A DNA stretch of 63,932 bases, counting the filler, from Vannella sp. (Eukaryota): NCBI GenBank assembly GCA_023345925.1. It is 6 parts of 6 records of this genome, joined end to end, with 100 filler letters (N's around TTAATTAATTAA, not from the genome) between each part and the next. Parts side by side here need not be neighbours in the genome. Positions count along the whole stretch, not along the records: positions 52,892 to 61,496 come from JAJQQN010001312.1; positions 61,597 to 63,932 come from JAJQQN010001265.1; 4 more parts are not named here. The stretch is one strand, 5' to 3'. A program made the position numbers and the translations under genes. Under the pieces are notes generated by a model. That model was given only the letters and a program-made list of their open reading frames with translations, was not told the DNA's origin and ran no database searches. Shown here one piece after another: positions 57,601 through 63,932 of the stretch (position 1 is the first letter of the stretch; the number at the start of each line of letters is the position of its first letter).

Positions 57601-58650
57601 AGGAAGGCCAGCTCCTCTAAAATAGTCACCATCGCCGTTGTTCTGGGGAACTCCTCCACCGCCCCCACCTGCTTAAGTAAGAACTACATCTTTGGAATGA
57701 ATCACCTTACCTAAGAATAGCCGAGAGGTTGCTGTAAGGGGCACAGGAGCTCCTCCAAAGCCTGGCTGTTCAGCATAGAAAGCAATAGCGTGAATTGTAT
57801 TCTTGTTTCCATCTCCACCTCGTCCAGCGTTACCTCCTCCTCCTCCTCCACTGTCGGTCCAGCTACCTCCTCCTCCAGCATTCCCTGGAGCACCTTTTCC
57901 GCTGTCAAAGCCTTCCGGATAAGTCGTATTGCCTCTTCCATTTGGAATCGTTGGGTAGTTGGGATATCCAATGAACCCTTCACCCTTCGGCCCATTGAAC
58001 CTTTGATCATTACCGAAGGTAGTAGCAGAGTCGTCTCGGTAGTTTCCTGGGTCATCAAAGAACGTAAAATACTTGGTTCCGAATCCTGGACCACCGCGGA
58101 AGCCCTTTCCAACCATGTTGACTTTGCCAAGGTTAATCACTTCAGCTAGCATCACAAAGACACCTCCAGTATAGCCATTCCAGTCGGGGACTTGAGGGTC
58201 GTTCACCACGACACTGCTGCAAAAGGAGAACCCAATGGCCTGGAACCGGTTGTTACGGAGGTTGTCGTATGTGTTGGTAAGGGAACGATCGAGTTTCACT
58301 TCACACGTCCCGGTATTCTGGGCCACAGAAACCACCACCGCGAACTCGTACAAGCCAGCTCCTCCCACCTCCGTGTAACCGTTGGCAGAGTTGTTGTTTG
58401 AACCATAGTTCTGGGTGTTGTTGTTATCGATCATCCCTCCTTGCATCTGAATGATCATCAACACGCTCTGAACGGAAGGGACCCCTCCAGTCGAGTTTGG
58501 AACGAGCTTCAATGTGTATCCATCAGCCGCAACACCCTCCCAGTAATAGTTCTCTCCTGTACAAGTATCCGCCTCAACGCAGGTCTCCTTGCAAACGGCG
58601 AAAGCCAAGAACAGCGCCAGCAACGCGCAGTGGGCGGCCGCCAGCTTGGA
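54680..58650 (-). CDS. Large type-I membrane adhesin-like protein: Gly-rich head, Ser/Thr stalk, GAIN/GPS domain, one TM helix; start codon not located
   Basis: Signal-like ALLALFLAFAVC; GGxGG-rich head; 12-aa Ser repeats; GICLGYEDTRGRWVCEDQCL..CGVTSHFTNFAILL after splicing; TM LSMGLIALAICIVLVSVFFI; at least 3 introns. Confidence 0.85.
55740..56500 (-). repeat. Coding 36-bp tandem repeat (ASVSPSSSxSVT)n
   Basis: Recurrent cacttgaagaaggtgatacagatgcagtaac units on the + strand. Confidence 0.9.
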
Positions 58651-58883
58651 CTGTTCACGAAAGACTAATTTTGGCCTTCAAGGGGCGAAGACATTAATTT
58701 GGTAATGAAAATCACTTTATGTGATTGAGTTTGCCCCTAAACAGGGTTCACTTGACCAGGCTTGTCCTGAAGATGAGACGAGCAACGTAAGGATGAGTTT
58801 GGAACCTTCCCTGCTGACGAGTTCCGGGCTCGATGGAGCAACTGGAAAAGTCTTCATTCATTGGGTGAGCTCATCCTCGAGCC

Positions 58884-59523
58884 ATGCCGGTGAAGGAGTT
58901 TTATGTTCGCTATTAGTGAGCTTGTGGAGTCCTGGTGGGGTTGGATACTCACGCGTGGGACTAGTGTCGGTCATACGGGCAAGTTCGGGCACGAGTTCCT
59001 CCAGTTTGAGTTCCGCCCCGACGGGAAGTTCCGTTACGCCAACAACTCGCACTACAAGAACGAGCAGATCATCCGAAAGGAGTGCTATGTCAGTGATGCA
59101 GTCTTAGAAGAAGTGCGACGCATTGTGGCGGACAGCGAGATCGTACAGTGCGTCCCATGACCTCCGCCCCCCTCCCCCTCACCCTCCTCCAGAGAGGACG
59201 ACGCCCTTTGGCCTGAACCTGACATTCATGGCAAGCAAGAACTTGAGATCGTCAATGGGGACGACCGAATCTGCTTCACGGCAAGTCTACTTCAAAAGGG
59301 CTTCCTCCCAACTCTCCTAACCTCTCCCAGGCCTCCAAGATTGGCTCTATGGTCGATGTTAATTCTAGCCAGGATCCAGAAGGTCTCAGAGTGCTATACT
59401 ATCTTGTACAGGACCTGAAGTGCCTGGTCTTCTCTCTGATCTCCCTCCACTTCAAGGTGCGATCCGCCCTGGGAGACCCATTCGTTCTCCCTCACTCCTT
59501 CTGCACAGATCAAACCCATCTAA
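58884..59523 (+). CDS. MAGOH: Mago nashi (exon junction complex), 5 exons
   Basis: [58 protein letters not shown]. Confidence 0.97.
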
Positions 59524-59863
59524 GCCTTCCCTCTCATGTTTGCTTCCATCCATTCCTTGCTACAACCTCCTAATGAAGCAACAGCAATCGCCAAGAGATC
59601 CACCTGGAGAGAAAGGAGGGCTCTGGGGACCGGAACAGGCTTGAAACAACAGATGAATGAGCTAGAGAGTAATCAAGCGGTGGCACCACGGGATCCCTTC
59701 AAGGGACTGACCCTCAGAGGTTCAAAGGCCGTTGGTGGTCATCGCCATCCCTCCTCTGGGGAGGTGGGGACTGACACGCTACGTTGGAGAGGCATATATG
59801 GTGTGGGATTGCTTACGAAGGCTGGATTGGCAATCATTTATTACATTCCCTGTCCTCGTGGTC

Positions 59864-60736
59864 ATGGACGGACAGGAGTGAGTGTTCGGGGTGGTGCTGA
59901 GGGTTGATCTAAAGGAGAACGGGGAGTAGCGACATTATGAATAGTCTGGTGGATGAACCCGATCCGCTGGTGCGAGAAGGAGACCACCCACTAGAGCACG
60001 TTTACACGTTCTGGTACACTCGCAGACCGACAGGGCAGGAAGCGCGGGCACAAGCAAACTACGAGAAGAACATACGAAAGATCGGTACTTTTGCAGCGGT
60101 AAGGAGAGCGCTGGTCATCAGGTTGCTTCCCTTCTCACGCAACCCAGGTCGAGCAATTTTGGTCTTTCTACAACCATATGGTGCGCCCCAACGATCTCAT
60201 GAACACGGCGGACTACCATATGTTCAAAAAGGGCATCAAACCCATGTGGGAGGTACGAGGGAGACACTAACCAAGGTCCTCCTGTCTACATGACCTCACC
60301 TGCTTCCTCAGGATGATGCCAACAAGAAGGGTGGGAAATGGATCGTTCGAATGAAGAAAGGACTCGCCAACAAGTTCTGGGAGGAGCTTGTAGGGCCTTC
60401 TGTCGTCCGTTTGGTGCATCCTAACGACTCTCAGGTCTTCGCAACGATTGGGGGTCAGTTCGATGTGGGAGAGGAGATCTGCGGCATCGTTATCTCTATT
60501 CGCTACCAGGAAGACATCATCTCTGTCTGGAACCGCAATGCCACCAACAAGCACGCGAGAGACGTTATCCAGTGGGTTCCTTTCCTTCCTTCTTCTCTCC
60601 CTCACCCAGGACCTTCAGAACCCTGTTGAAAGAGGTTCTAGAGCTTCCTGCTAGCACAGTAATGGAGTACAAGAACCACGATGCTTCGTTGAAAGATAAT
60701 TCGAGTTTCCGGAACACCCACGTTCGTGTAGAGTAG
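59864..60736 (+). CDS. EIF4E2: Class II eIF4E (4EHP/nCBP), multi-exon
   Basis: HPLEHVYTFWYTRR, NYEKNI, KGIKPMWED, GGKWIVR, GEEICG, EDIISVWN, MEYKNHD. Confidence 0.9.
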
Positions 60737-60851
60737 CAGGGAGGGCGCTAGCTTGACAGACCATGAATAAAGCTCCTTCAAGGTCACTTGGAGAGTCAGT
60801 CCTCGCCCTCAGGCGCCTCCTTTATTGTATTGCGAGGGGCGGCAGGCGAGT

Positions 60852-61110
60852 CTACAGGATGGGAGGTCCCTGCAGGAGGATCGCTGCAGCGCCGCCAATC
60901 AGGACGGAAACAATCCCTACAGTGCCCACCTGCACTAGTGTGAGAAGACGCCGGTCTTCTCCCCTTCCCCTCACTCACCACTGCCACCACCAAGTGCGAG
61001 GAAGCAGGGATATGCTGCGCCACGCAGCAAGCGCACCCACAGCAGTCCCACATGTGACTCTTCTCATCGTCAAAGCGCATGTTCCGGCTCTGAGCTAGCA
61101 CATCCGCCAT
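60852..61110 (-). CDS. About 69-aa membrane microprotein with a Cys cluster (2 exons)
   Basis: Removing a 49-nt GTGAGT..TGCAG intron gives MADVL..WDCCGCACCVAQH..LVVAVVGTVGIVSVLIGGAAAILLQGPPIL*. Confidence 0.6.
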
Positions 61111-61496
61111 GACCACCAACCAAATACTCCCTTTTTGCGTTCAGTTAATCTCAGGGAGGCATCCAACGACCTGGTCAGCTTAGTAGGAATTTGTCTATCA
61201 GGATGAAAAGCGAATAATTAAATCGTGTAAATTGAAACAGGATGCTCTTGGAGCGTCATGTTGACGGCAAGGGACTTGCTATCCTCAGGAAGCGAAAGGC
61301 ACCTGGAATGTCCCCTTGAACGTTCACACGGCGATGAAGATGTGAAGGGTTGAGTAGTTCTTTGGTCCCATAGATCAGTATCGCGCGGTCCTCTGATGCT
61401 GCGGCTAGAACGTACGATGTCATCCCCAAAGACCAGTTCCCAACTGACCACTTGAAACCTCCAATTCAATAGGAAGCTTGACATTGAATTGGAGGG

Positions 61497-61596
61497 NNNN
61501 NNNNNNNNNNNNNNNNNNNNNNNNNNNNNNNNNNNNNNNNTTAATTAATTAANNNNNNNNNNNNNNNNNNNNNNNNNNNNNNNNNNNNNNNNNNNN
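61497..61596. other. Artificial contig linker
   Basis: N run with TTAATTAATTAA. Confidence 0.97.
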
Positions 61597-61974
61597 GCAG
61601 TGTTGATTTTTTCGTAGCTTGGATCACCAGAAACTCGAGCATGAAGACTGCTTCGGCCATCAGCAGTCTCATCAACAGAGTCCCTTACGTAGAAGCGCTT
61701 GGCCACATCCGTGGAATGTTGCTGTGCGTCACAATAGGCAGCAAATCCTCACGGCTGAGAATAGAATTCGCGCGATAATAACCACGGCGTGGTCCAGCTT
61801 TTGCTTCTTCTCAAGAGGCTGAGGCGATGACAAGAGATCTTCCTCCACAATTTGTTGGCGCCGCTGGTAACCTTTGGTCTCGGCTTGGGATTGGAGCTTC
61901 TTTAGCGCTTGTTCGTACTCTTTTTCGCGGTCCTTTGCATAATCTTCGGGAATTCATGTAATTCATTTGCCGCA

Positions 61975-62112
61975 TGTTGCGAGGTCGACCATTACTAACA
62001 CCATGGTATTCTTGTTGGGGACCGAGGGGGGCCGAACAAGTCGATAGCCACGTGGTCCATTGGCTGGGTTGCCTCGATGCTCTGCAGGGAGGCGAACCCA
62101 AACCTAGACACA
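61975..62112 (-). mobile_element. Ty3/Gypsy integrase relic
   Basis: GFASLQSIEATQPMDHVAIDLFGP, then after a frameshift NTMVLVMVDLAT, the start of the rve core. Confidence 0.8.
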
Positions 62113-62363
62113 TTAAGAAAGCATAATTTTATGCCAATGCATTGAAGTGTATACCTCCACTTGAAACAGCTCTCATCTCCATCGTCTTTTGATTTAAAGA
62201 AGGGCAAACAAAGACAAGAGATGAGCACCCAATCAGATGGGTACCATTCCATACCTTATTACTCTTATCCTTTTTCACCCGGTGGCATGTCTCAAATGCC
62301 ACAAGCGAAAATTTTCGGGAGTTACGAGCACTCCTCTTGGTCTCCCCCCTATCCTGGTGAAGC

Positions 62364-63932
62364 ATGAGCGACCTCGATGACTTTGTCGAGTGTGATACCT
62401 CAACTGATTGTGACACCGATGAGGAGTACGAGCATTGGTCTGGGAGTGATGCAGGTGCCGACCCTTCTTCGGTCTGCTCACCCGAGGACACCTTTCTTGG
62501 CCTACGAGCTGCTATGCACGCCAAGAGTCTTAGTCCTCCTTGCAGCTCTGGAGCTGCTGAGATAACATCTGATCACAATGATGGATCGGGGCCGGCGGAG
62601 GACCTCTTCAACCTTTCCATCATTCTGCCCGAGATCAAGGACCCCTTCCTCGACAACACGCTCCTTTTAGAGATGATAGCCAAGAAAGGAGCAGGCAAAG
62701 TATCAAGCGAGGACCTTAATGATGAAGAGAAACTCACAGAAGTCCTGTCTGCGATGAACCCCAAGTTCAAAGTTGAGGAGAGCTTGGGAGCCATGGGCAC
62801 TACCTCCTTAGCACACCTGCAACTCCTCTATTGTCTTCTCCTCCATAAAGGAAAGGAGCTAAAGGAGTTCTGCACTACAATCAAAGTGCCCATCTCCGGT
62901 ACGAAGTGCGAACAGTCATTTCGGATTCTAGAAGCTTGTTCCTCCCCATGGGAGCGCCGCATTGGACCAATTAATGACTTTCCTTTTGATGGACCAGACG
63001 AGGATGGTCCCTCTCAGTCTCTTATTGACAAGTTACCACCGGTCTTTGATTGTTTGGATTTTTGGACTACCTACATTCCAGAAGATCTCCGGAGAAAGTG
63101 GGTCCAGTGGACCAACAAAAAAGCTCAGTCTTTTCTAACAATGGATAGACCTACATGGTACACCTACGATATCTGGCCTCCAAGATGGCTGAGCAGGTGG
63201 ACCCCACTTACGTTGGATGAAATGAATGTATTTCTCGGGACCATGATCGCGAAGAATTGCATCGCGAGTGTCTCCAGACGCCAGTTTTGGAGAAAGGAAT
63301 CAAAACTGAACCTTCTCTCATTCTCAAATCTTAACCGACACATGGGAAGAGACAGGTTTACTGCCATTAGCTCAGCTCTCACAATCTATCCTCCTGAGGC
63401 GGAATTGGGCAACACCACACCCTACTGGAAAATTCAACATCTTTTGGATGAATTCAATATGAGCTGCGTAAGCAACTACGACTGCAGTCGTTTCATCTCT
63501 AGAGACGAACAATGTATCAAAAATCATCACCGTACGTCTCTCCGCCATTACAAAATGCCGAAGAGAATGATCCAAGAAGGAATTCGAGTTGAATGTGTCA
63601 CTTCAAGGCTCGGTGTAATGCAAAATTGTATGCTCGACCTCCCCGGCGTCACCCATTACGAACAGACCATGACTCTCCTAAGCAGTTTAAAACGAAAAGG
63701 GCACGTGATCTTCATGGATCGACTTTACACATCCGCCAAGCTGGTCAAAGGTGCTCTAACGCTCTCTCAGTATGTCTGCGGGACTACCAGCTCAAACAAG
63801 GGATTCCCTGCGCTTCTATAGGCCCCTCATCCTAACATAATGAATCCCGGGGACTGGGACTACCTTTACCGGGGAGGAATCTTTGCCTATGCATGGATGG
63901 ATTCGGCACACTGCCAGATTCTGTCAAGTTTT
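62364..63932 (+). mobile_element. piggyBac-like DDD transposase with a premature TAG at 63819-63821, running off the window
   Basis: WVQWTN, DEMNVFLG, MGRDRF, WKIQHLLDEFN, ISRDE, IFMDRLYTS, VCGT; homology resumes in frame after the stop (AWMDSAHCQILSS). Confidence 0.9.

Noticed and set aside
59530..59860. tRNA or small gene between Mago and 4EHP
   Set aside because: GGTTCAAAGGCC is T-loop-like but there is no cloverleaf; the short ORFs are unrecognisable.

Overview
Gene-dense eukaryotic genomic DNA, probably from a protist. The gene set (DH-family RhoGEFs, Integrator, PPR, SEPSECS, single-pass GAIN/GPS proteins) is amoebozoan-like, but the taxon is an inference. It uses the standard code, ~45-60 nt spliceosomal introns and intergenic gaps often under 110 bp. 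The window is six contigs joined by five artificial 100-nt N linkers containing TTAATTAATTAA, so adjacency across linkers means nothing. Housekeeping genes include LST8, LC8, TFIIIA, PCF11, Rpt1, Ubc7, a PPR protein, SEPSECS, Src1/Man1, VPS53, a Wee1/Myt1 kinase, ERG3, C-CAP, INTS2, IMPACT, a ZW10-like gene, KTI12, importin-7/8, Mago and 4EHP. Accessory content includes a Crinkler-type NTPase+REase ORF, Copia RT and Gypsy integrase relics, a piggyBac-like transposase with a premature stop, a Rab half-gene and two related mucin-stalk surface proteins with GAIN-like domains. Two items lie outside the ORF track: a U36/snR47-type C/D snoRNA, and an unexplained ~110-170 nt intergenic element on three different contigs with a near-invariant 28-nt core and G-U-compatible stems. 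All family assignments come from motif recognition by eye; no searches were run.
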